From an uncultured Thermoleophilia bacterium (GTDB taxonomy: Bacteria > Actinomycetota > Thermoleophilia > Gaiellales > Gaiellaceae), in assembly GCA_963721235.1 (NCBI GenBank), contig CAVRIK010000007.1, forward strand, positions 415,398 to 479,397: a stretch of 64,000 nt of DNA, in the 5' to 3' direction. The translations under genes were made by a program, and so were the position numbers. Below, in pieces: positions 18,686-26,876 of this stretch (position 1 is its first letter; every line of letters begins with the position of its first letter). The notes beneath the pieces were generated by a model that had not been told where the DNA came from, made no database searches, and worked only from the letters and a program-made list of their open reading frames with translations.

Positions 18686-19155
18686 TCGGACGCCGCCTTG
18701 ACGGCCTCGAAGATGTTCCAGTAGCCGGTGCAGCGGCAGATGTTGCCCTGCAGGCCCTTCTTGATCTCGTCCTCCGACGGATGCGGGTTCGAGCGGAGCA
18801 GCGCGGTGGCGCTCATCAGCATCCCCGGCGTGCAGTAGCCGCACTGCAGGGCGTGATTGTCCTTGAACGCCTGCTGCAGCTTGTTCAGCTCCTCGCCGTC
18901 CGCGAGCCCCTCGACCGTTTCGACCGTCGCACCGTCGGCCTGCACGGCGAGCATCATGCAGCTCTTCACGAGCGAGCCGTCGACCATCACGGAGCACGCG
19001 CCGCAGTTGCCCGTGTCGCAGCCGATGTGGCTCCCGGTCAGGTCGAGATCGTCGCGGATGAAGTGGATGAGGAGCTTGCGCGCCTCGACCTCGCGCTCGT
19101 ACGTCGTGCCGTTGATCGTGACCGTGATCGACCTGGACGTTGTGACCGTGCTCAC
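18682..19155 (-). CDS. (2Fe-2S)-binding small subunit of molybdenum hydroxylase (CoxS type)
   Basis: CDTGNCGACSV, CGYCTPG and CRCTGY cluster motifs; 157 aa. Confidence 0.9.
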   Translation of the reverse strand: MSTVTTSRSITVTINGTTYEREVEARKLLIHFIRDDLDLTGSHIGCDTGNCGACSVMVDGSLVKSCMMLAVQADGATVETVEGLADGEELNKLQQAFKDNHALQCGYCTPGMLMSATALLRSNPHPSEDEIKKGLQGNICRCTGYWNIFEAVKAASE

Positions 19156-19157
19156 TC

Positions 19158-19955
19158 TCAGCTCCTGGCTTGGTTGACGGCGCGGACTGCGAGCACCTCG
19201 GCGAGGTGCCTGCGGTAGTCGCTCGTGGCGTGGACGTCGGAGGGCGGATCGAGCTTCGCTGCGTGCACGGCCTCACGAACAGCGCCCTCGTCGGCGGTGG
19301 CCGGATGCAGGACGACGGGGACCGCGTCGACGCAGCCGAGGGCGATCGTCACGCCGCCGTTCACGGAGGCGGCGGCACTCGCGATGCACGTCCCGTCGAC
19401 GCCGAGGGTGACCGCCGCGAAGCCGTCGCCACGACCGGCGGGAACGGTGATCTTGGTCAGGACCTCGCCGACCCCCACGGCGGTCAGGTAGACGCCGAGG
19501 AAGAAGTCCGCTGCGGGCACCGTCCGCGCACCGTCCGCTCCCGCGATCGTCATCTGCGCGCCGAGCGCCGCCATCAGCGGCGGCAGGTGGTTCGTCGGGT
19601 CGCTCGTGCAGAGGTTCCCGCCGATCGTGCCGCGGTTTCGCACCTGCACGTCGGCGATCTGCGCGCACACCTGGCCGATGATCGGCCGCGCGCGCGCCTC
19701 GCTGGATTCGACGAGCTCGGTGTAGGTCGCCATCGCGCCGATCTCGAGCGTGCCGTCGGCTGCCAGCTCGATTCCCTGCAGCTCCTCGACGGCCGACAGG
19801 TCGATCAGTGCGTCGGGCGAGCCGGCACGTGCCTTCATGACGTTGATCAGCGTCTGCCCGCCGGCGAGCGCACGCGCGCCGTCGTCGGCCGCGAGCAACT
19901 CGATCGCTTCTCCGAGCGATCCCGGCCGCGCATATCCGACCTCACGAAGAAGCAT
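19158..19955 (-). CDS. FAD-binding medium subunit of molybdenum hydroxylase (CoxM type)
   Basis: AGGQTLINVM and RNRGTIGGNL motifs of FAD_binding_5; 265 aa. Confidence 0.9.
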   Translation of the reverse strand: MLLREVGYARPGSLGEAIELLAADDGARALAGGQTLINVMKARAGSPDALIDLSAVEELQGIELAADGTLEIGAMATYTELVESSEARARPIIGQVCAQIADVQVRNRGTIGGNLCTSDPTNHLPPLMAALGAQMTIAGADGARTVPAADFFLGVYLTAVGVGEVLTKITVPAGRGDGFAAVTLGVDGTCIASAAASVNGGVTIALGCVDAVPVVLHPATADEGAVREAVHAAKLDPPSDVHATSDYRRHLAEVLAVRAVNQARS

Positions 19956-20005
19956 CGTCAGTGCGTCTTATAAAATGTCAGGTGGGCTGAATGCAAGTCT
20001 GAACC

Positions 20006-20033
20006 GGTGTCCGACACCCATCGTGTCAGACAC
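20006..20033. promoter_or_regulatory. two adjacent palindromes GGTGTC-C-GACACC and GTGTC-A-GACAC upstream of the Mo-hydroxylase genes; candidate operator
   Basis: Read directly: 20006-20018 and 20023-20033, centres 16 nt apart, 51-78 nt upstream of the CoxM-type start codon (19955). They sit in the only sizeable gap of the gene run. The second overlaps the stop of the PLP-enzyme gene. An A/T-rich patch TTATAAAAT lies at 19969-19977. Confidence 0.3.
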
Positions 20034-21174
20034 CCGAGGCCAGCAGCGCGCGGTGGCGGCCGAGGGCGGCGAGCACGGCGTCGATGTCCTCCGCGGTGTT
20101 GTACGCGTGGGCGGAGACGCGCAGGTTGCCGTCGCGCTCGGAGGTGACGATGTCCTCTGCCTCGAGCGCGGCGACGAGCTGCGGGGCATCGGTCGAGCGG
20201 ATGCACACGAGCGCGCCGCGCCGCTCCGGGTCGCGCGGGGTGACGACCGTCCCGCCGAGCTCGTCGACGCCGCCGATCAGGCGCTCGTTCAGCGCCGTCA
20301 CGTGCGCACGCGTCTCGGCGACGCCGATCTCCTCCATCAGCTCCAGGCCGGCGATCCCCGCGTAGATCGCCGGGATCGGCGGCGTGCCCGACTGGAAGCG
20401 CCGCGCCGTCGGCGACGGCGAGTAGTCGGTGATGTCCATCTCGAAGATGTTCTCGTCGGCGAACCAGCCCGTCTGGGTCGGGAGCAGGCGCTCGGAGAGC
20501 CCGGGTCGCGTCCACATGAACCCGAGCCCGGCCGACCCGAGCAGGTACTTCAAGACGCCGGCGGCGAGCACGTCGACCCCGAGCTCGCGCACGTCGAGCG
20601 GATACGTGCCGATCGCCTGGTACGCGTCGAGGACGACGAGCGCACCCTGCTCGTGCGCGATCTGCGTGATCTCCTCGACCGGCAGGCGCGCGCCGTTGCG
20701 GTAACAGACGGCCGTGATCGAGACGACCGCCGTCTGCTCGTCGATCGCCGCGGCGAACGCGTCGGCGTCGGGCGGGACGATCGTGACCTCCGCCCCGCGC
20801 AGCTCCTGCGCATGCCAGATCTGCCCGATCGTCGGGAACTCGAAGTCGCTGATCACGACCTTCGGCCGCGCCGCGAAGTCGATCGCGCTCGCGAGCGGGC
20901 TCACACCGGCCGACAGCGACGTCGTCACTGCGACGTCGTCGGCCTCGCCGCCCACGAACCGGGCGAAGGTCGCGCGTGCGGTCTCCGCCCGCTCGACCCA
21001 GTACTCCCAGGGCGCCCCGCGCTCGTCCCAGCCCGTCAGATAGTGGTCGTAGGCGGCTCGAACGGCGTCGGAGAGCGCGCCCTGCGAGCACGAGTTGATG
21101 TAGGTGAGCCGGTCGAAGATCGGGAAGCGCGAGCGGCAGCCCTTGACGGAGACGTCCGTCGCGCTAGCGGCCAA
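20026..21174 (-). CDS. class V aminotransferase-fold PLP-dependent enzyme
   Basis: ORF 20026..21375 trimmed. The only start-like codon after the livF stop region is TTG at 21174 (LAASATDVSVKGCRSRFPIFDRLTYINSCSQGAL). VVLDAYQAIG and KYLLGSAGLGFMW fit the class V fold. The start is uncertain. Confidence 0.75.
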   Translation of the reverse strand: MAASATDVSVKGCRSRFPIFDRLTYINSCSQGALSDAVRAAYDHYLTGWDERGAPWEYWVERAETARATFARFVGGEADDVAVTTSLSAGVSPLASAIDFAARPKVVISDFEFPTIGQIWHAQELRGAEVTIVPPDADAFAAAIDEQTAVVSITAVCYRNGARLPVEEITQIAHEQGALVVLDAYQAIGTYPLDVRELGVDVLAAGVLKYLLGSAGLGFMWTRPGLSERLLPTQTGWFADENIFEMDITDYSPSPTARRFQSGTPPIPAIYAGIAGLELMEEIGVAETRAHVTALNERLIGGVDELGGTVVTPRDPERRGALVCIRSTDAPQLVAALEAEDIVTSERDGNLRVSAHAYNTAEDIDAVLAALGRHRALLASGV

Positions 21175-21880
21175 GGTAGGCCTTTCGGAGGTTCTCGTCT
21201 TCGCGCAGGTCGGCCGCGTTTCCCTCGAGCACCAGGCGGCCGGTCGAGAGCACGTAGCCCCGGTCGGCGATCGACAGGGAGACGTTGGCGTTCTGCTCGA
21301 CGACGAGGATCGCGACGCCCGATTCGTGCACCTGCTTGATGATCTCGAAGTTGCGCTCGACGAGGATCGGGGCAAGTCCCATCGACGGCTCGTCCATCAG
21401 GAGCAGCTTCGGGCTCGACATCAGCGCCCGGCCCATGGCGACCATCTGCTGCTCGCCGCCCGACAGCGTGCCGGCGAGCTGCGAGCGGCGCTCGTGCAGC
21501 AGGGGGAACAGGCCGTAGACCCGGTCGAAGTCCTCCTTGGAGCCGCCGCCGCGCAGGTAGGCACCCATCTCGAGGTTCTCGAGCACCGTCATCGGAGCGA
21601 ACAGGCGCCGGTTCTCGGGCACGATCGCGAGGCCGCGGGCGATGCGATAGCTGGTCGGACGCTTCGTCACGTCCTCCCCGTCGATGCGAACCGCGCCGTT
21701 CCGCGGCCGGACGATGCCGAGAATCGTCTTCAAGGTGGTCGACTTGCCGGAGGCGTTGCCGCCGAGCAGGCAGACGAGCTCGCCGGGCTCGATCTTGATC
21801 GACAGCCCCTGCAGGATGTGGATCTGCCCGTAGTACGTGTCGACGGCATCGAGCTCGAGCAGGCTGGCGGCACCGGTCAT
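21164..21880 (-). CDS. livF: ABC transporter ATP-binding protein, LivF type (second system)
   Basis: Walker A GGNASGKST, signature LSGGEQQ, Walker B LLMDEPS. ATGA overlap with the upstream stop. Confidence 0.9.
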   Translation of the reverse strand: MTGAASLLELDAVDTYYGQIHILQGLSIKIEPGELVCLLGGNASGKSTTLKTILGIVRPRNGAVRIDGEDVTKRPTSYRIARGLAIVPENRRLFAPMTVLENLEMGAYLRGGGSKEDFDRVYGLFPLLHERRSQLAGTLSGGEQQMVAMGRALMSSPKLLLMDEPSMGLAPILVERNFEIIKQVHESGVAILVVEQNANVSLSIADRGYVLSTGRLVLEGNAADLREDENLRKAYLGR

Positions 21881-22662
21881 TTGCGCTCCGCCGTGCCGAG
21901 ACCGAGGTAGGCCTCGACGACCTTCTCGTTCGTCGCCACCGACTCATACGAGCCCTCGGCGATCTTGATCCCGTGGTCGAGGGCGACGACGCGGTCGGAG
22001 ATGCCCTCGACGACATGCATGTCGTGCTCGATCACGAGGATCGTGTATCCGCCGTCCTCGCGCAGCTTGCCGATCAGCTCGGTGATCTCGTGCGTCTCCT
22101 TCGGGTTCATGCCCGCGGCCGGCTCGTCCAGCAACAGGATGCGCGGGTTGGTCGCCGTCGCACGCGCGATCTCGAGGCGGCGACGGTTCGCGTACGAGAG
22201 CGAATACGCCGGCTGGTCCCACCGGTAGCCCATCAGGCGCTCGCCGAAGAACGCGAGCCGGTCGCGCGCGAGCTGCTCGATCTCGCGCTCCTCGCGTCGC
22301 ATGCCGGGCGTCCGCATCATCGAACGGAAGAGACCGGCCTTCGTGTGGCAATACGCAGCCGCCATCACGTTCTCCTTGACCGACATGTTCAGGAAGAGGC
22401 GGAGCGTCTGGAACGTGCGCGAGATGCCATGGGCGGTGATCTGGTGAGGCTGCAGTCCGGCGATGCTCCGGCCGTCCAGCCTGATGTCGCCCTCGTCAGG
22501 GTCGTAGATGCCGGTTATGAGATTGAAGAGGGTCGTCTTACCTGCGCCGTTCGGCCCGATCACCGAGACGATCGTGCCCTCTTCGACATCGATGTCGAGG
22601 CCGTCGACGACCTTCAGGCCTCCGAACGAGAGCGAGACCCCCTGCAGCTCCAACAACGCCAC
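21877..22662 (-). CDS. livG: ABC transporter ATP-binding protein, LivG type (second system)
   Basis: ORF 21877..22905 trimmed to the GTG at 22662 (VALLELQGVSLSFGG), a 1-nt overlap with the permease TAG. Walker A GPNGAGKTT, Walker B LLLDEPAAGM. Confidence 0.85.
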   Translation of the reverse strand: MALLELQGVSLSFGGLKVVDGLDIDVEEGTIVSVIGPNGAGKTTLFNLITGIYDPDEGDIRLDGRSIAGLQPHQITAHGISRTFQTLRLFLNMSVKENVMAAAYCHTKAGLFRSMMRTPGMRREEREIEQLARDRLAFFGERLMGYRWDQPAYSLSYANRRRLEIARATATNPRILLLDEPAAGMNPKETHEITELIGKLREDGGYTILVIEHDMHVVEGISDRVVALDHGIKIAEGSYESVATNEKVVEAYLGLGTAERK

Positions 22663-24134
22663 TAGACGATCTCCACACGGCGCTCGCCGAGGAGGCCATT
22701 CGGCCGCAGGATCATGAGGCCGATCAGGATCAGGCCGAGCACGATGTACCGCGCCGGCTCCGGCTTCGCGAGCATCACGTTCTCCCACACGAACGCGGCG
22801 AGATAGAGAGTCGGCACGAGTGCGATCAGGCGAAGCGTCCCCTTGAGCTGCGTGACGACGAGCACGGCAACGATCACGCCCACGTACGTGACCGGGGCGA
22901 CCCACCGGGCAAGCTGTGCAGGTGCGACGACCCAGTTGGCCAAGAAGCCTGCGAGCCCGCCTGCGTGCTCCCCGGCGACCCAGGATGAGTGCATCTCCCC
23001 CGCGATCGCATGGACCACGAATCCGAAGACGACGAGTCCCAGGGCTGTCACCGCAACGGCGCGCGACTTCCGCGCGGCGAGCGCCAACCCGCCGACGAGA
23101 ACGATGAAGAAAATGGCGCGCGACTTATCCGGGTCGCGAAGAGCCTCGAGCAGCGGCCCGATGATGATCGCACCGAGAACGACACCCGCTTGGCTACCAG
23201 AGCCGCCGAGGATAACCATCGTGTAGACCGTGATGAGCAGAACGAAATAGAAGGCAAGCGGAAACACGCTTGCTGTAAGCGCGGCGAAGAGCGTCCCGGT
23301 GAGCGCCGCGACTGCAGCGCCGGACGCAAAGCTGACGAGCTTGAGTCGGTTCACGGGCATGCCCATCGCCTCGGCTGCGAGCGGATCCTCCCGGAGCGAG
23401 CGCCACGCGCGGCCTGTCCGGGAATTGTTGATGAACCGAAGCGCCACGAACACGATCGTGAAGAACGCCAGCGCGACATAGAGATACGACACGGCGAAAA
23501 CGCCCTCGTGCGCGACAACGAGCGTGTGGCCGAAGAAGCTGAACGGGTCGACGTTGAGGATCCCGAACGGCCCACCGGTGATGTTGTGACCGCTGACGTT
23601 GTCGCCGTTCGTGGCCAGCGTCTGGAAGAGCTGGAGGAAGAACAGGGTGACGATCGCGAGGTAGTCACCGCTCAGCCTGCGCGATGGCAGCCCGACCATG
23701 AGTCCGGCAAGAGCGCCGACGACGACGACCACAGGCACGGCGACGATCGTCGGCAGATGGACACCGAACTGGCTTGAGTCGAGGAATGCGTAGGTATAGG
23801 CGCCGATTCCGTAGAAGGCGACGAAGCCGAGATCGAGCAATCCGCCCCAGCCGACGACTACGTTGAGACCGAGCGCGAGCAGCATGTACAGCACCGTGTC
23901 GAAGGCGACGAGGCGCACGTAACCGCTCTGCTCGAACAACGGGAACACCGAGAACGCGCACACGAACAGCGCCAGCCAGACCCACCACGGCACGCGGCGG
24001 AGACGGCTCTCGATCGTCCCCAGAGGCCCGCCACGGCCGACCCGGTGCTCGCTGTGGCGTGCAACCCACTCGTCCTGGCCGACGGCCGGCCCGGGAGCCG
24101 GGGTCGGCGAGGAATGCGACGTCGGATCACTCAC
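22662..24134 (-). CDS. livM: HAAT-family ABC transporter permease, LivM type, with long N-terminal extension (second system)
   Basis: 490 aa. After a roughly 45-aa polar N-terminus it is multi-pass hydrophobic. GYVRLVAFDTVLYMLLALGLNVVVGWGGLLDLG is LivM-like. Confidence 0.85.
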   Translation of the reverse strand: MSDPTSHSSPTPAPGPAVGQDEWVARHSEHRVGRGGPLGTIESRLRRVPWWVWLALFVCAFSVFPLFEQSGYVRLVAFDTVLYMLLALGLNVVVGWGGLLDLGFVAFYGIGAYTYAFLDSSQFGVHLPTIVAVPVVVVVGALAGLMVGLPSRRLSGDYLAIVTLFFLQLFQTLATNGDNVSGHNITGGPFGILNVDPFSFFGHTLVVAHEGVFAVSYLYVALAFFTIVFVALRFINNSRTGRAWRSLREDPLAAEAMGMPVNRLKLVSFASGAAVAALTGTLFAALTASVFPLAFYFVLLITVYTMVILGGSGSQAGVVLGAIIIGPLLEALRDPDKSRAIFFIVLVGGLALAARKSRAVAVTALGLVVFGFVVHAIAGEMHSSWVAGEHAGGLAGFLANWVVAPAQLARWVAPVTYVGVIVAVLVVTQLKGTLRLIALVPTLYLAAFVWENVMLAKPEPARYIVLGLILIGLMILRPNGLLGERRVEIV

Positions 24135-24165
24135 CGGTCCAGCCTCCGCTCCTGCAGGACGACGC

Positions 24166-25089
24166 TCATACCTTCCGGATGTCCGCCCGGCCGAGCAGTC
24201 CTTGCGGGCGGAAGATCATGAACGCAATCAGGATGGAGAACACGATCAGATCCGACCATTTGGTGGAGATGTATCCCTCGGTGAACGACTCCGCGAACCC
24301 GAGGAGCAGCCCGCCTGCCATGGCGCCGGGGATGGAGCCTATGCCACCGATCACGGCCGCGGTGAAGCCTTTCAGCCCCGAGACGAATCCGATCGAGACG
24401 GTGGTCGGGACTCGAAGCGCGAACATGACCCCGGCGGCACCGGCAAGCGCGGAACCGAGTACGAACGTGAAGACGATCACTCTGTCGATATTCACACCCA
24501 TCATCGCCGCAGCCTCGCGATCGAACGACGTGGCGCGCATCGCCTTCCCTGTCCTCGTCCGGTTGACGAGGAACCAAAGAAGGATCATCAGCACGAGCGC
24601 CGAGCTGATCGTGATGATTCGCAACAGCGGCACCCGTACATTGCCGATGTCGATGCCCTTCAGGTAGAGGGCGCCGTTGTTGATCGCGAACACGTTGTAG
24701 TTCCTGGGCTGAGCTCCGAAGAGCAACTGCATCGAGTTCGCGAGAAAGAACGACACCCCGAGCGCGCTGATGAGCGGGGCGATCCTCGGCGCATCTCGAA
24801 GAGGTCGATACGCGAAACGCTCGATCGTGACGCCTAGCGCCGCGCAGCCCGCCATCGCGGCGAGCGTCATGATGGTGAGAAGAAGCCAAACGGGCACCTT
24901 CGGGTGCTCGGGCCCACCCAACGCATTCAGCACACCGAAACCGATGAACGTCCCGACCATGAACACGTCGCCGTGGGCGAAGTTCAAGAGCTTGAGAACC
25001 CCGTAGACGAGCGTGTATCCGAGCGCGATCAGCGCATACACGCTGCCCAGGGTGAGAGCGTCGACGGTGAGCTGGATGAAGGTGTCCAC
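24166..25089 (-). CDS. livH: HAAT-family ABC transporter permease, LivH type (second system)
   Basis: 307 aa starting (V/M)DTFIQLTVDALTLGSVYALIALGYTLVYG. GTG start preceded by GGGAG. Confidence 0.9.
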   Translation of the reverse strand: MDTFIQLTVDALTLGSVYALIALGYTLVYGVLKLLNFAHGDVFMVGTFIGFGVLNALGGPEHPKVPVWLLLTIMTLAAMAGCAALGVTIERFAYRPLRDAPRIAPLISALGVSFFLANSMQLLFGAQPRNYNVFAINNGALYLKGIDIGNVRVPLLRIITISSALVLMILLWFLVNRTRTGKAMRATSFDREAAAMMGVNIDRVIVFTFVLGSALAGAAGVMFALRVPTTVSIGFVSGLKGFTAAVIGGIGSIPGAMAGGLLLGFAESFTEGYISTKWSDLIVFSILIAFMIFRPQGLLGRADIRKV

Positions 25090-25101
25090 GTGGTCTCCCT
25101 C

Positions 25102-25147
25102 GCAACGTTCCGGGGGCGACCCGTTTGCGGCCGCCCCCGGACGTTGC
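25102..25147 (-). promoter_or_regulatory. intercistronic stem-loop between the binding-protein gene and livH
   Basis: GCAACGTTCCGGGGGCG / CGCCCCCGGACGTTGC form about 16 bp (one bulge) around a 13-nt loop. It lies in the 75-nt gap after the binding-protein stop (25165) and just upstream of the livH ribosome-binding site. Confidence 0.5.
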
Positions 25148-25164
25148 TACCGATCTATCCCTGG

Positions 25165-26358
25165 CTACTGGAGGAGCTTGTACGAGCCGTTGGGCTGGAT
25201 CTGGAAGATGTAGAACTTCGCGTTCAGCGGGTCGTTCGTCTTCGTCGAGAAGGCGAAGTTCCCACCGAGAATGAAGTTCTTGATCTTCACCTGCTTCATG
25301 TGCCGAAACACATCACGCCGCTGAATCACGCCGTGATGGGCCGCGCACGTCTGCTTGATCGCTTGGAGCACGATCTGGACCGCTCCGTAGGTGGGCGGCC
25401 CGAACGAGCCGACGGTTTTCCCTGGATTGGCCTTCAGCCAGCCGGCGATGATCGGCTTGTTGTAGGGGAAGAGGCTGATCGGGGCTGCGAAGTTCGAGAC
25501 GTACGAGCCCGGCACCTTGAACTGAGACGGGTCGTTGGAACCGTCACCGCCGAACACCTTCGCCTTCTTGCCCTGCTCGAGCAACTGCTGGGCGAACGTC
25601 TGCGCGTCACCCGGCTTCTGCGTCGGGAAGAAGACGACATCGGCGTTGTTCGGAACCTTCGTCACGTAGGCCGAATAGTCGGTCGTCGTGTTCGGCGCTG
25701 AGAGATGGGTCACGTTGACGCCGGCCTTCTTGAGCACCGCGTCGACCGCACTGGACAGTCCGACGGAGTACGGCTCCTGGAAGTCCATGGTCACGACGTT
25801 GCTGACCTTGAGTTTGTTGATCATGAAGCGAGCGTCCGTCGGGCCCTGGATGTAGTCACCCGGGACGTCGCGGAAGAACGCGGGCGTTCCGATCAGAGGA
25901 TCGGACGCCGTGCCGATCGTCAGGTCCGTGTGAGTCGCCGACGGGGAGATCGCCGCCAGCCCAGCTGCGAAGAACGCCTTCGCGGTGGCACCTGCGTCAC
26001 CCGATGTCGACGGCCCGAGAATCGCGACGACACTCTTGTCCGAGATGTACTTCTGCGCGAGCGCCTGCGCCGGGGCGGGCCCTTGCTCGACAGGCGTATC
26101 GCCGAGTACGAGCTTGACCTTCAAGCCGTACTTTGCCGGCAGCGTCTGGATTGCGTACTTGGCCCAGCTCGCCTGCTCGGCGCCCAGGAACCCGGCGCCT
26201 CCGGTCAACGGCGTCAGGAACGGGATGGTCATCCTGCTCGTGCAACTGATCGACTGCGACGACGCCGCGGAGACCGCGACCTTGTGGGCGCCCTGCGCGC
26301 TCGCAGCCACGACCGAGGTCGTGAGAACCGCGAGGGCGAGGCCGATCGCCTTCTTCAT
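25165..26358 (-). CDS. ABC transporter substrate-binding protein (type I periplasmic binding fold, second system)
   Basis: 397 aa with signal peptide MKKAIGLALAVLTTSVVAASAQG. AAGGAGGA lies upstream of the ATG. Confidence 0.9.
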   Translation of the reverse strand: MKKAIGLALAVLTTSVVAASAQGAHKVAVSAASSQSISCTSRMTIPFLTPLTGGAGFLGAEQASWAKYAIQTLPAKYGLKVKLVLGDTPVEQGPAPAQALAQKYISDKSVVAILGPSTSGDAGATAKAFFAAGLAAISPSATHTDLTIGTASDPLIGTPAFFRDVPGDYIQGPTDARFMINKLKVSNVVTMDFQEPYSVGLSSAVDAVLKKAGVNVTHLSAPNTTTDYSAYVTKVPNNADVVFFPTQKPGDAQTFAQQLLEQGKKAKVFGGDGSNDPSQFKVPGSYVSNFAAPISLFPYNKPIIAGWLKANPGKTVGSFGPPTYGAVQIVLQAIKQTCAAHHGVIQRRDVFRHMKQVKIKNFILGGNFAFSTKTNDPLNAKFYIFQIQPNGSYKLLQ

Positions 26359-26417
26359 CTAGGTGTCCTCCTTACTGGGGGCACGATGGTCGATTGCCGG
26401 GGGGTTGGCGCTGGAAG

Positions 26418-26443
26418 CGTGAGTGTCATCCGTGACACTCACG
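26418..26443 (-). terminator. perfect 11-bp stem / 4-nt loop hairpin downstream of the SnoaL-like gene (no U-tract)
   Basis: CGTGAGTGTCA tccg TGACACTCACG read directly. It lies 11 nt past the stop at 26454 and 60 nt upstream of the binding-protein ATG, so it could also be an operator. Confidence 0.35.
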
Positions 26444-26453
26444 GTGTCAATGA

Positions 26454-26846
26454 TCAAATCTTCAGTGCCTCGACCCAGCCGGCGGTGTCCAGGAACTGGC
26501 GGAATCGGACCGCCTGCCCGTCCCGGAGCGTCCAGATGTGGACGAACGGGACGTCGAGCGGCTTCCCGGTCTCCTTCCCCACACCCCGGTAGCGCCCGAG
26601 GACGACCACCTGGTCGCCGGCGTCGAGGAACTCGTCGGGCTCGGCACTGAACTCATCCCACCATTCGACGTCGAGCGGCTCGAAAATGTTATGGCGCACC
26701 TCGTCGAGACCGCGGTACGTGCCGCCGTGCGGGAGCCCCTGCGCCTGCTGCCACTCGATGTCGGGGTGCATGTCGCCGGTCACCCCGGCCAGGTCCTTGC
26801 GCGCGAAGGCCTCGTAGGAGCGCTTGACGATCTCGAGCGAGCTCAT
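26454..26846 (-). CDS. SnoaL-like / NTF2-fold (ketosteroid isomerase-like) protein
   Basis: 130 aa. The pattern IVKRSYEAFARKDLAGV ... FVHIWTLRDGQAVRFRQFLDTA is typical of the SnoaL_2 family. Confidence 0.75.
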   Translation of the reverse strand: MSSLEIVKRSYEAFARKDLAGVTGDMHPDIEWQQAQGLPHGGTYRGLDEVRHNIFEPLDVEWWDEFSAEPDEFLDAGDQVVVLGRYRGVGKETGKPLDVPFVHIWTLRDGQAVRFRQFLDTAGWVEALKI

Positions 26847-26876
26847 CCGCGTAGGTTACGCAGCGTGCGCTACGCG

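Noticed and set aside
16058-18724. 888-aa plus-strand ORF
   Set aside because: It is antisense to the Mo-hydroxylase large subunit, which has clear family motifs. Its composition is Arg/Asp/Val-dominated.
16208-19955. Calling the CoxMSL genes an aerobic carbon monoxide dehydrogenase
   Set aside because: The large subunit lacks both CODH active-site signatures (it reads PNRGYSR). The genomic context is hydrolases and oxygenases rather than coxDEF-type maturation genes.
26848-26876. 7-bp inverted repeat CGCGTAG-N15-CTACGCG between the SnoaL-like and cupin genes
   Set aside because: It may be an operator in the 30-bp divergent spacer, but it is too short to distinguish from chance and no regulator is adjacent.
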